A stretch of DNA of 64,000 nt, from NCBI RefSeq assembly GCF_001194135.2, contig NC_068984.1:1766782-1830781 (forward strand), read 5' to 3'. Shown here one piece after another: positions 26,547-38,313 of the stretch. Each line of letters starts with the position of its first letter. Position 1 is the first letter of the stretch. Below the pieces are notes generated by a model that was given only the letters and a program-made list of their open reading frames with translations, did not search any database and was not told the origin of the DNA. Source of the DNA: Octopus bimaculoides. Taxonomy: Eukaryota. A program made the translations under genes and the position numbers.

Positions 26547-26756
26547 AAATTTGAAAATGGAGACAAATTCCTAAGATGTTATTAAATCATTTATATCTTC
26601 ATATCATCGACTTATGTTTGATGAATGCATCCAAAATACATCTCACAGGACGAATAATGTCGAGCATTGCATCAATCTCATCAGGGAGGATATAAACGAC
26701 AGTGCTCATCAAATAGACATTTTAATAAGTATAAGAAACTCTAATATATGTGATGC

Positions 26757-26799
<43 letters not shown>

Positions 26800-27199
26800 T
26801 AGGAGTATACAAGCATACACACACACTTACACATAAGTACAAGTACATACACACAAGCATAAACATATGCACACATACATAAATATACATGCATATACAT
26901 ACAAGAATACCTGCAAACATATGCATATACTTATATGGAAAGCAAAGTTGTGAAGGAAATGCTAGAAATTTGAAAATGCTCTTGAGGAAACAGATGCCAT
27001 AGGGTGAAAGAAGAAGAGAAGGTATAGAAGAAGAAAGAGGGAATGAAAGAACAAAGTTAAAGGAGAAAGGGAGTTATGAGCAAAAGGAGAAAATATGACA
27101 GATGAAAAGAAAAGATGAAGGGAAGAATATGGATTATGGGAAGTAAGAATAAAGTAGAAGAAATTATCATTAGGTGAGGGGTAAATATTATTTAAAAAA

Positions 27200-28260
27200 A
27201 GCAAAGGAGTGTTTTTTCCAATGTAAACACCTGTAAACTCATTCATTAAAAATGTTTACCAGTTTATGTTTAGAAAAGATAGATAGTTGCTCTTCCATAC
27301 AGAGAGGACAAAAAGATTTCCTTTTGTCATAGGGGAATGATCTGGATAAAATTTTATAATCTAAAGAAAAAAGTTTGTTAGAGTCGTTAAGGTGCCAGAT
27401 TAGCTTACTAAGTCTTGTAGAATTACACTTATGACTATATTTAAAAGCTGAAAGATGGTTTGCTATACAGCATTTCAACTCCATAGAAGATAATCCAATA
27501 CAAAAGAATTCTTTAGATCCAGAGGTAATTTTGCATTGGTAAATGGCATTCTAGGTTTTCCTGAAACAACTCATCAAATAAGATTAACTCTTTCATTAAT
27601 CATATCAGATGGCAAGCTTTCTTCTTTGATAATAAGGATGTTAAGCCACCTTCCAATGACCAAAATTCTGAATTTAGTAAATCATTCAAATCTAAAAATA
27701 ATCTTCCTCCTAACCCAAGTTTAAAACAGTTTGAAGAGGACCTCTGGTCGATTGTTAAGAATGTTAAATTCTATTGCTCACCCTTAAGAAATAAACATCT
27801 AAGATATCTACATAATATTACCAAAGAAATAAACAACAGCATGGAAGGCCTCCTTGTTCAATCGGATAAAACTGGTAACCTGTATCACTTAAGCAAGGAT
27901 TTTTACCTAAAACTACTCAGGAAGGAAATACAAAGAAATATACAAGACTACGAGTAAAAACATTATCAGAAAGGCCAATCTAGAGGATAAGAAGATTATG
28001 GAAAAATATAACCTACAAATGAAAACTGAGCCTTTAACTTCAAAGCAACCCTGTTTTGTCTTAAAGGGACACAAACCTAACTTCATCAATAACCCAACTC
28101 TCTGTCTTATCTGCCCTTCTAGTTCGGATATTGGTATACTTTGCAAAACAGTTCTTGGTAAGTACATTCCTTTGTTAACGAAAATACTTAAACTTAATTT
28201 ATGGTTTAACTCATTCCAGGTTGTGGACAGGTTCAACTCTATCAATAATAAACTAAACAC
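27200..28260. mobile_element. Penelope-like element: minus-strand 3' end (27200-27530) next to a plus-strand ORF N-terminus (27540-28260)
   Basis: Minus: ANHLSAF...TRLSKLIWHL...YKIL....Y....CPLCMEE. Plus: FINHIRWQAFFF...FKSK..PP.P.LKQFE.DL...SDKTGNLY...VLKGHKPNF.N.P..CLI.PS.SDIG...NLW. Confidence 0.88.
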
Positions 28261-28577
28261 TAACTATTGATAATAATAGTAATAATAATAATATTATTAA
28301 TAGTAATAGACACAATAACAACACAAATACTCACATTGTTTCTCCCGTAGACAGTAATCCGAATAATATCCCATTACATCAAAATATCCATAATCCTTTC
28401 ATAATTTTAAAGATAAACAGTGGAAGGGAAGTAACCATACTTCCCCATCCTGCATAAACATACAAGTATTCCTGTATGCATATGTGTATATATGTTTATG
28501 TATGTGTATGTACTTGTGCTTGTGCCAGTGTGTAAGTGTGTGTGTGTGTACGCATGTATACACGTATGTGTATATAT

Positions 28578-29225
28578 ATGATGGCCGTCCACTCGTGACT
28601 GAGGAAGACCATTGCCGAACTTCAGGAACATTACTTATGTTTTGCATTTGCGGCTCCGTTGGTGGCTAATGAGCCCTTCTCTTGACAAGCATAATCGACT
28701 GCAAACATTGCAGACCAAGCTTTCCCCATTCACTATATGAGCCGTGCACTTTCGCGCAGCTCGCTTAAGTTCTTCATGCTGGATACGTGCTCTCTCAAAA
28801 GTGTCGATCTCCTCCTTAACCTGCTTCCTCCATCCGTGGCGATGACATACATTCATGCTGGATACGTGCTCTCTCAAAAGTGTTGATCCTCTCCTTAACC
28901 TGCTTCCTCCATCTGTGGCGATGACAGGTATTGTTCTCCCAGTCGTCCATTCAGACTACATGTGCGACCCACCGGAACTGGGACTTCATGATGAGGGCTT
29001 CGATTCCGGGCATTTCGGCTCTGCGAAGCACCTCAGTGTTGGAGACTCTGTCCTTCCAGGAAATTCCCATGATTCATCGCAAGCAGTGGAGGTGGAACTG
29101 GTCAAGTACTCGCATTTGCCTCCTGTACAGCGTCCACGTCCCACAGCCGTACAGCAGAGAAGTAATGACGACTGCCCTATAGACTGCCAGCTTGGTGGAA
29201 AGTCTGATGTCTCGTTTGGCCCACA
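28578..29225 (-). mobile_element. RTE LINE 3' fragment with a terminal C2H2 finger and a 75-bp internal duplication
   Basis: KLAVYRAVVITSLLYGC.TWTLYRRQ...RWVAHVVRMD; CNVCSRLCLSREGLISHQRS; 28773-28847 is repeated at 28852-28926. Confidence 0.88.
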
Positions 29226-29239
29226 CACATGTCCAAAGT

Positions 29240-29970
29240 GTATATAAATATACTGTTACTAAAACTGCTAACTCACATAGTCAGGTATATCTAGGGAGCT
29301 CCATTAACTTTAAACAAAGATTTTTAGCCCATATACATTCATTTAAACTGAATATCCTGAACAACACTAACTCATTGGCTGCATATATACAGGGTGTGCA
29401 CAAGGTCTGGGTAGATGGCATAAATAAAATCATAACATAAACAATTAAATATAAGAAATAATAATTTCATAAAGTATGTGTTAATATCAAAGAGGGTTCA
29501 GGGGGTAATTAAAATCATAACATAACATTAATTTACTCTATATCAAGTCAATACACAACCATATCTAGATTTGCATAAAACATAAATTAATAATGGTATC
29601 TTCAGGTTTTATCTCAATAATAATAAAAGCAACAAATAATCACTTTTATTCTCTCGCATTTATGGATTACACACAGAAGAAGAAATGGATCATAGGAATT
29701 CTATCTTTATACAACCATCACAAATTTTTACCATGGAATTATTCGACCTTTTTGGAGTTTTTGCTCAAATTTATACCAACACAGATATATGAATACCAAT
29801 AATTTTTTAAGCAAAGTTTTCCTTATTTGATTTAAACAGCATTTTTTTCATTCGATTTCCTCCACCGAAATTCATCCTTTTGACTTGATTCTCTGAGGAG
29901 TGGATATACTTCCCGATGATGCTTAACTTTCATTTTACGAGGAAGTATATTCACGAAATGATCGAAAGAA
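29240..29970 (+). mobile_element. PLE remnant (GIY-YIG fragment) with a downstream hammerhead-like motif
   Basis: VYKYTV...VYLGSSINFKQRFLAHIHSF...SLAAYI; motif at 29889-29970. Confidence 0.72.
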
Positions 29971-30628
29971 CTTTTAAACATTTTAAAACCTTTAAATAAT
30001 CATAGTTGTACTTTATTTATCTATTAATACAATATTGTTAATATTATATATTTACCTTTATTATGATTTTTAAGATATAACTATTCTACTATTTTACTCT
30101 CTAGTATATAATCGCTCTCAGGAATCTTTAAATATCTTTTAAGATTTTAGACAGATTTAATTAACTATATTTATAGTTTAAGTCCACCAAGGATAACAAT
30201 AGCTCACCAATTCAAGCAGCAGAGAATGATTTGATAATTAACAGAAACTGACCAACAGATGTTCAAGCTGAACATTGACTGCTTCAATGCCTTCAGAAAG
30301 GCAATATCCTGACCACTCACTCTCCTCCACTGACCAAAACTTACTGCATACATACGTATAGAACGAGGTGCAGCAGAAAAACCTCCCACATTTTACAAGG
30401 TCATTGGCATGGTGTTAGTCATGTTAGGCAAATGGTAACAGTGTCTTCAGGGTGCTTAGGTTCTACCATTTTCTTTCATCAGTTAGCATCATGGTTTGGA
30501 ACAGTGCATTTGTTTTGGAAATGTTTATCAAAAACGGTCAATGTGATGAAGTAGTTATTCTAAAAAGTTATTAGTTGCTGTTGTTAATAATGAAGAAGAA
30601 AAATAGAGTGAAATGGGAATAAATATAC

Positions 30629-30741
30629 CTGGCTATGGGCTTGATGGTATCGAGTGAGACGAGGCATTTATATTTGGGAGTTTCAAGTTGGTCATCGGAG
30701 GCTACCAAGGTCAAGAGTTTGAGAGTGACCAAAGAACTGAT
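30629..30741 (-). CDS. ORC5: ORC5 exon 13 ([38 protein letters not shown])
   Basis: Acceptor attttctag, donor AG|gtatat; 113 nt. Confidence 0.97.
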
Positions 30742-30899
30742 CTAGAAAATAATGTCAAAAATGGAACAAATGAATAATGGTTATATGGAGAGGGAAACGG
30801 GCAGTTGTTACGGTTGGACATTAATTGCTGTAATGACACAGAGAGGAAAACCAATTTATTCACTTTTATATTTTCTTATAAAAGGTGTTAGAGCCTCTA

Positions 30900-31170
30900 C
30901 TTATAGCCTGGTACCAACCAAAGACCTGTGAGTGGACTTGAGAAATGGAAACTGAAAGAAGCTCATCCTATATATGTGTGTGTCTCTCTTTGCCCCTACC
31001 CCNNNNNNNNNNTCCATGACTTAGAGGTTCGACAAACGAGACTGACAGAATAAGTACTAAGCTTTAATAAAATTAATACAAGGGTCAATTCATTTGACCA
31101 AGAATTCTTCCAAGGCAGTGCCACAGCATGGTCGTGATCTAATGACCGATACAAGTAAAAGATAAAGACC
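30900..31170 (+). mobile_element. SINE family A, partial
   Basis: ccttgtgagtgga...aactgaaagaagc and the conserved tail. Confidence 0.7.
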
Positions 31171-31707
31171 AGAATTGTTGCTGAGCAACTTGGGTGGCTC
31201 CGTGTAGCTGGAGCTATCTTAAACACTCTCAGGCAATGCCTTGTGGTGTTGTCCTCCACTCTGCTCATATAAACTGCATTGGCAGAATGCAACCAAAATA
31301 TCATCAAGGCAGTGAACCAACAGAATCACTGATGCATTCAGCAAAATATTCAGTGATATTTCTTCTGGTCGTTATTTTCTGATGGCAAATACTGTTCAGA
31401 CAAAATCTGTCTTTCATCCTTTTGGGGTTGAAGAAATAAAAGTCAAGCATTAGGGGAAATGGAATCAATAACCCTCCTCTTAAAATTCCTGGCCCAGTGC
31501 CAATATTTCAATCGTTATTATATATTTAATGGCAATTCCTACCAAAAGATTACATTTTCTAAAAGTGGTAATCAAACTTTATGTGTTCAAACCTGGCCAA
31601 AAGAGTGAAGCAGCAAATGGAATTTGGTATGGTGTTACTTCCCAATGAATAACCTTCAAAGGACACAAGCCATCAAAGAGAACACAACTCTTAATAAATG
31701 CAAAAGT

Positions 31708-32556
31708 ATCATCATCATCATCATCATCATCGTTTAACGTCCGCTTTCCATGCTAGCATGGGTTGGACGATTTGACTGAGGACTGGTGAAACCGGATGGC
31801 AACACCAGGCTCCAGTCTGATTTGGCAGAGTTTCTACAGCTGGATGCCCTTCCTAACGCCAACCACTCAGAGAGTGTAGTGGGTGCTTTTACGTGTCACC
31901 CGCACGAAAACGGCCACGCTCGAAATGGTGTCTTTTATGTGCCACCCNNNNNNNNNNNNNNNNNNNNNNNNNNNNNNNNNNNNNNNNNNNNNNNNNNNNN
32001 NNNNNNNNNNNNNNNNNNNNNNNNNNNNNNNNNNNNNNNNNNNNNNNNNNNNNNNNNNNNNNNNNNNNNNNNNNNNNNNNNNNNNNNNNNNNNNNNNNNN
32101 NNNNNNNNNNNNNNNNNNNNNNNNNNNNNNNNNNNNNNNNNNNNNNNNNNNNNNNNNNNNNNNNNNNNNNNNNNNNNNNNNNNNNNNNNNNNNNNNNNNN
32201 NNNNNNNNNNNAAGGTCTTGCCTCACCACCTCAGCCCAGGTCTTCCTGGGCCTACCTCTTCCACGGGTTCCCTCAACTGTTAGGGTGTGGCACTTTTTCA
32301 CGCAGCTATCCTCCTCCATTCTCACCACATGTCCATACCAGCGCAATCGTCTCTCTTGCACGCCACAACTGATGCTTCTAATGTTCAGCTTTTCTCTCAA
32401 GATACTTACACTCTGACGGGTATTCACATTGACATTACACATCCAACGGAGCATACTGGCTTCATTCCTTGCGAGCTTACGTATGTCCTCAGCAGTTACA
32501 GCCCATGTTTCACTGCCATGTAGCATGGTTGTTCGTACGCATGCGTCATACAGTCT
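31708..32556 (-). mobile_element. Young 5'-truncated RTE LINE in ORC5 intron 12 (internal gap)
   Basis: Open frame MLHGSETWAVTAEDIRKLARNEASMLRWMC...RRLRWYGHVVRM...GRPRKTW; near-identical to 21950-22066. Confidence 0.93.
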
Positions 32557-33107
32557 AATTATGGAGATTCACAACCATTTAAGCTGGTAGGATGGTTTAT
32601 TTCTTTAAGAGATAACTTGGATGTTAACCACCCAACTGCGAAATGGATTGAGATCTGCAGATTCAGTTTGGTAATGAAGAACAAGCATCGTTGTGAACCT
32701 TTTGTATAGGATATAACTTGACAGTTGTAGTAAGATTTAAATTATTGGACCTTGTGGTCAACTGTTGAGGACCCTAATCCCAGAGCCACTGGGCTTCAAT
32801 GTTTAATGATTGAAATATAGAAATAAAATCAAAAGATTTCTTTAGAAAGATGTGTTGCCCATAACCCTAATGATGTTCCTGAGGAGGGTTCTAATTCTTC
32901 ACAAACATTTTAGAGGAAATTCACTCAAGTACTGAAACCATTAACAGCCTCAGTGAACTAGCTTCAATTGGTAAATGGAACCAAATTAGGGGCTCAACTA
33001 TTATACAGCTTTGCTCTTTCCCAACAGAGTTTGACCCTCAAACATATACAAACCAGTCCCCTGCCCCTCCCTGGCCATAAGATATATTAACATACCCTCT
33101 TACTTAC

Positions 33108-33218
33108 TTGCATAAATAGGTTGGCGGACGGTGCCACCCTGTCTTCGACTATGGAGTAGAATATTGCCATTAAACGATCCAAAGTAAACAGTTTCGGACC
33201 CAAAAGGTGGTTGCTTGT
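33108..33218 (-). CDS. ORC5: ORC5 exon 12 ([37 protein letters not shown])
   Basis: Acceptor tcaatttcag, donor CAA|gtaagt; 111 nt. Confidence 0.97.
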
Positions 33219-33539
33219 CTGAAATTGAAAAGAAGCACCAGAATCAAATGGTTTTTCCAAGTTTTTATGGTTGTTGTTGATGTTTAAGCCATGTCAGTCC
33301 TGATGAAACCGGTTCCAGTTTTGATTATCCTATCTTTTTTTTTTCAGACATAGTGTATCTAGGACTACATTTTCCAATGCTACTTCAAGACAACAGGTTT
33401 TGGTTTTATTCTATTTTCTTTATTCTATATCACAGTTGGTGATTCATAGAATCATTGGTTCCCAGCAGTTCACTTCCATTCCAACAGCAAGGAGAATGCC
33501 TGGAAGTCTGGAACTGGGTGCATTTCAAAGAACTGCATT

Positions 33540-33745
33540 GGTCCCCCACCCACTACTGCTCAGTTCTTCTGCCAACACACATAAACACATATGTGACAGA
33601 CGGTTTGGCAGTTTGCTTCTAGCAAATTCCAAAGCCAAAGAAATGGTGAAGCAGAGGCTAGAGTAGAAGACACTTGCCCCAAGGTGCCCCATGGTGGGAT
33701 TGATCCTGGAACTATTTAGCTGAAAGTAAACTTCTAAAGCACATA
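33540..33745 (-). mobile_element. SINE family A head, decayed
   Basis: Reverse complement of the head and ttgggcaagtgtcttctac segment. Confidence 0.65.
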
Positions 33746-33904
33746 GCCATGTCTGCTTTGAGATGAGGTCCAAGTCATGAATCACTTGATTAACGACAAA
33801 CGAGGAAGAGAAGGAAGGCTTCGGTTGACTGAACTTTCTGCAGAGCGATTTATTTATTAATTATATATTTATTTAGACATGGCAGAAACTAAAGTTGAAC
33901 CTAG

Positions 33905-34100
33905 AACTCATCATCATCATCTAACGTCTGTTGTCCATGCTGGTATGGGTTGGACGGTTTGACCAGGGCTGGCATGCTGGAAGGCTGTATCAGACTTCAG
34001 TCTGGTTTGGCTGTGGTTTCTATGGCTGGATGCCGTTCCTAATGCCAACCACTCTGAAAGTGTAATGGGTGCTTTTATGTGCTCCTGGCATCGGTGTTAC
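33905..34100 (-). mobile_element. RTE-family 3' tail copy
   Basis: Shared tail motif. Confidence 0.8.
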
Positions 34101-34129
34101 TGGATTGGGAAAACCAAAATGCTGCAAAC

Positions 34130-34990
34130 CATTATTGACCACGGTTCTACTTTTGCAGCTTAGAATGTCCAGTATTTTGCAACACATATTATGAGACACT
34201 GACTTTTTTATGTCATAACATCTGGCCTTTGTTGTTCAGTTATTCTGTCTTCCTGGACGTCATAATCTTATAGAATTATTGGTTTACCAAGTTTGTTTGT
34301 ATCCTTTTCTGGTACATGATTGTCTCAAGCATTGCATCCGTATCTTTTACGGAGTGACCAGTGGAAATTGAAGCACATTCCAATCAGGACAGCATTTGTG
34401 ATCTTCCCAAACACTTCACAATCCTCTACAAAACGATCGATATTTTTCTCCTACTTATTACAGACGTGGTATTAGTTTGTTGGAAGTGGTGGAGTAAATG
34501 CCTTTTCTTCACATATTCAGAGCTTCAAGCTTAGCAGCCATCAACAATCCCCTTCAGTTTCTCTCTTTAAACCACTGCTCTGTAGCCATTCCTACAGTTT
34601 TGATTTTATATATTCTTGGTGTTTCTGTGATACTCTCCACATAACTGCATTTCTTCCACATATTATCCTGCTTTGGTATGCTCTCTTCATGTTCAACACA
34701 TCTAAGTCCTTCTTCTATCACAACATGTTTGAATTGTTCCCATCATCTCTTCGTGGTTTACTGACTTTTGTACTTCATTTACACAACCAGAAATTGTTCA
34801 CAAGTCCCCTCCCTCCAATCTTATATTCGCTATATATAAATGACTGACATACGCTTTTGAATGAAGTGCCCCATGGACAATTTGGGGGTGTTTTTGTTTA
34901 ATTGTCTGATGCCTCAATCTTATATCCAGATCCACTATTCCAGCACAAGAATGCAAAACAGCAACCAGTCATGTGTTGAATAGCATTTAT
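34130..34990 (-). mobile_element. Heavily decayed R4-like RLE retrotransposon fragment
   Basis: HGALHSKAYV..LY; FHWSLRKRYG; IIL*DYDVQEDRITEQQRPDVM (ILWDF.IQTD....RPDIV-like). Confidence 0.65.
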
Positions 34991-35563
34991 CAAATTCCTT
35001 AAATTTGGACTTCAGTACAAGATTTAATCTCATTAAATATATTGGTTTCACTGTTTTATTTATTTTTTAATACATAAAATCATAGTTCCTATATTCCTAG
35101 ATACTCATATCCATTGGCAGCAAGTTTAAAAATCCATTCTTTCAAGAAGTATATTCCATTACAATGAGTTCTTTCTCTTCTCTTCATGGCTAAAGTCGAA
35201 CACAATTTATCAAACTTCATTCCAACATCACTGTAACACCTTTATTGTATTAACAGGTAAATTGATCTCTTTTTCAGACTTTGCAAATATCTTTAAGTCA
35301 TTCATGAAGAAAAGATGATTTTGAGAAAGTGTATTTCTTCTTAGTTTTGTAGTCCAAGTTGACTTATCCATAGGTTAACAAGATTGGTCAGCACATTTTC
35401 ACTTGACAATCTTTTAATTGCAATGAAGTGTTGTAAAATGAAAACTTTTTTTTTCCTCCTCTCAGGATATTAAAAAAATAATGCAAACAAGAGGTGCTGA
35501 CTGTTTGAATTGAACCAATTCTTTACTTCCTAAAAACAAGAAACGAAAGCCAAAATCTCTTAC

Positions 35564-35611
35564 CCTCTCATTCTTCTTTTTCCGGAGACTTCCATGAACC
35601 TTGTTAGATTT
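35564..35611 (-). CDS. ORC5: ORC5 exon 11 ([16 protein letters not shown])
   Basis: Acceptor tacatttcag, donor AGG|gtaaga; 48 nt, basic segment. Confidence 0.9.
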
Positions 35612-35715
35612 CTGAAATGTAGAAATATTTGTCGAAGGTCAAAAACGATGTTTTTAGAGAAAAAAACTTGGTGTTTAACAATGAATGGAATTAACCAAAA
35701 TCTAGCAGACATTAC

Positions 35716-35819
35716 CTTACAAAAGAATCGTCGATCAGTCTTGGCTGGATTGTATGATGCCAGGTAAGCAGCAATTAATAGATATTTAGAATAAAATGGT
35801 AATTCCAAATGATTACGAC
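35716..35819 (-). CDS. ORC5: ORC5 exon 10 ([35 protein letters not shown])
   Basis: Acceptor ttccttgcag, donor AAG|gtaatg; 104 nt. Confidence 0.97.
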
Positions 35820-36189
35820 CTGCAAGGAATACGGAAAAATTTCATTAGTGTCAAAGATCAGCACAAAACCAGAAATAGACAAATAAATTGATCCCCAGTA
35901 CATAACTGGTATTTTATTGAATTTGCAAGGTTAAATATTGACTTTGGTGGAATTTGAAGACAGAATGTAAAATGCTGGATGAAACACCACAAGGCATTTT
36001 GTTCAAATCTTTAACAATTCTATAAATTCACTGCTATAATTTTGGCACAAAGTGAAACATAGGCAGGAAATTGATAGAATTCTTTGAAATGATTTATTAC
36101 TCAGAGTTGGTTATTTTTTCTGATGAGTTGTAGCACACCTGAGCACTGTATGCAATACACTCATTATTACTATTACAATCAAAATGCAA

Positions 36190-36600
36190 GAAATAACAGC
36201 TAAATCACTTCCCGGCACCTACACATGCACACACGTGCATGTCAATGTCACCAGCCCCCTTCCACATGCACACACGCGCATGTCAATGTCACCAGCCCCC
36301 TTCCACACGCACATACATGCTCTCACATACACATGCACGATCCACCTTCGTTTTGGGATCACCACTACTTTATTATCTCCCCTTCTTCCTAGCTCTCCTG
36401 TCCGGCATTCGCCATGATTGATCATTAGCCACTAAACCTTTTTCCATTTTCTCTCCCTGTTTATTTCTGTTTTCCTTTCTGTCGAAGAGCGTAGGCTCAA
36501 AACGTAAAAGACTTTCTCACTTCCCGAGCGTTAAACTAATACATCTGTTTGTTGTTTACACACCCGTCTTCCTCCTTTGTTTTTTGTAAATTCTCACTAT
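36190..36600 (+). mobile_element. Dispersed repeat with a hammerhead-like motif (copy 2)
   Basis: Aligns with 26130-26470; CCTTT-CTGTCGA-A-GAGCgtagGCTC-AAAAC-GTA-AAAGA; also a ~40-bp direct duplication near 36231-36310. Confidence 0.7.
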
Positions 36601-37280
36601 ATATATATATATAGTTATGTAAGAATGTAGCAGAGTAGAGTATAAAGCTCATCCACCTTCAGGCTTCCCCTTTGCTATCCAGTTGTAGTATTATATGTAC
36701 TTCCAGGTTTTTGTCAGGGTATCTGTCGTGTGTGAATAGGTAAGTGGAGAAATTGTAGGTAACAAGAAAAGGTATGGTTGGACATCTATTTTCAATCACT
36801 ACAATTGTTTCTATGCAATGTAGTTCTTCAGGCATGTAGGTACTTGATTATGCAACTGTTTCCCTGCATTATGAGATCTAGTTGTGTTTCCTCAGGAGAT
36901 ATGTAAATATTGTCTCTGTTAATTTGAACTCCTCAGCTTCAAGAACATCCTCTCTGTCTGTTGTGGCCTGAATTTAGTAATAGCCACTGAGTTTATCAAG
37001 GTGTGTTGCTGCTTTGAATGTGTAGATGTAGTGAGATGGGTTTTTTTTTCCAGTTATATATATATATATATATATATATAAATGAATGATAATTTTGATT
37101 AGGCATAATGATACTAGTAACTGGTAGTTAGGATTCAATACACTTATGCTTTACAGTAAAAGTGTCAGGAAAGAAGTTGGCATAATATTAATGAATGAAT
37201 GGCAAGAGAACAAGAATTATGTAATTTGTTTCTGCTATAAACATTGCTCTCAGGGCTGAATGCAGGGAATTAACTCCATG

Positions 37281-37487
37281 GTTGGCGTTAGGAAGGGCAT
37301 CCAGCTGTAGAAACTCTGCCAAATCAGATTGGAGCCTGGTGTAGCCATCTGGTTTCACCAGTCCTCAGTCAAATCGTCCNNNNNNNNNNGAGCCTGGTGT
37401 AGCCATCTGGTTTCACCAGTCCTCAGTCAAATCGTCCAACCCATGCTAGCATGGAAAGCGGACGTTAAACGATGATGATGATGATGA
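37281..37487 (+). mobile_element. Young RTE 3' tail, with an overlap duplication across a 10-N gap
   Basis: ggttggcgttaggaagggcatccagctg...gttaaacgatgatgatg. Confidence 0.88.
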
Positions 37488-37753
37488 TAAATGTGTGTAC
37501 ACACAATCACAGACATACCGATAGGACTGCATCAGGCATGGCCATTTGGTTGTGGAGTTGGCCTTGATACCTTGTGGTTCTGAATTCAATCTCACTTCAC
37601 AGCATTTGACCCTCCCCACCTTGTGACAGACAAAGAGGGTTTGGCACTGAGATGCTGAAGAGCATCTTCCTCCCCATCTGCCGAAAGTCATGGACCCCAC
37701 ACCACCTCCTTCTAACTGATACATATAAAACACCAAGGGAGGAGAAAACTGAC

Positions 37754-37827
37754 CTTGAATGGAATGTAACTGCAGTGCCATCTGTTGGCCAGAGTTTGAA
37801 TCCTGTTGCATCTTCTCCCATTGTGCA
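37754..37827 (-). CDS. ORC5: ORC5 exon 9 (SAQWEKMQQDSNSGQQMALQLHSIQG)
   Basis: Acceptor tcttgttcag, donor G|gtcagt; 74 nt; phases fit exons 8 and 10. Confidence 0.88.
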
Positions 37828-38313
37828 CTGAACAAGAGAAACGATATGAAGTTTAAAGGACCAGCTAAATACACAAGTTAAATGGTAGAACAAAATATAT
37901 ATGTAAATTAGGAATTACTGAAGAAACATTTGGGGGATTTGACCTCCTGCAATGTGTATAAGGATAGGCTAGCCTTTTCAATGATTAACTCAGTTAAAAG
38001 GGTTTTCAAGGAAGCAAGCACAACTTAATGAAATACTTGTCAAAAATTCACTGTCAATTATACAGTTACCATGTCTAGCAATGTGCTGTGTCTATGACCA
38101 ACATGTTTGTCTCTCACTGGCACTGGTCATTCATCTGTAAATGACCACGGATAGTGGTCAGAGATTTCAGGAATGATGTCACTGTATGCCAAAGAGATGT
38201 TTCATTGGCTTCCAGTGTTGAAGGTTAGGTTCTTAGTATCTTTGGACCTTCCAAATACCAATAAGAAAAATTCAGTCAGAAAAATACAGATTTGTGTCAG
38301 GGTTGGTTAATTA

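Noticed and set aside
32879-32910. CTGAGGA followed by a weak stem
   Set aside because: No intact GAAA and no convincing stems I or III.
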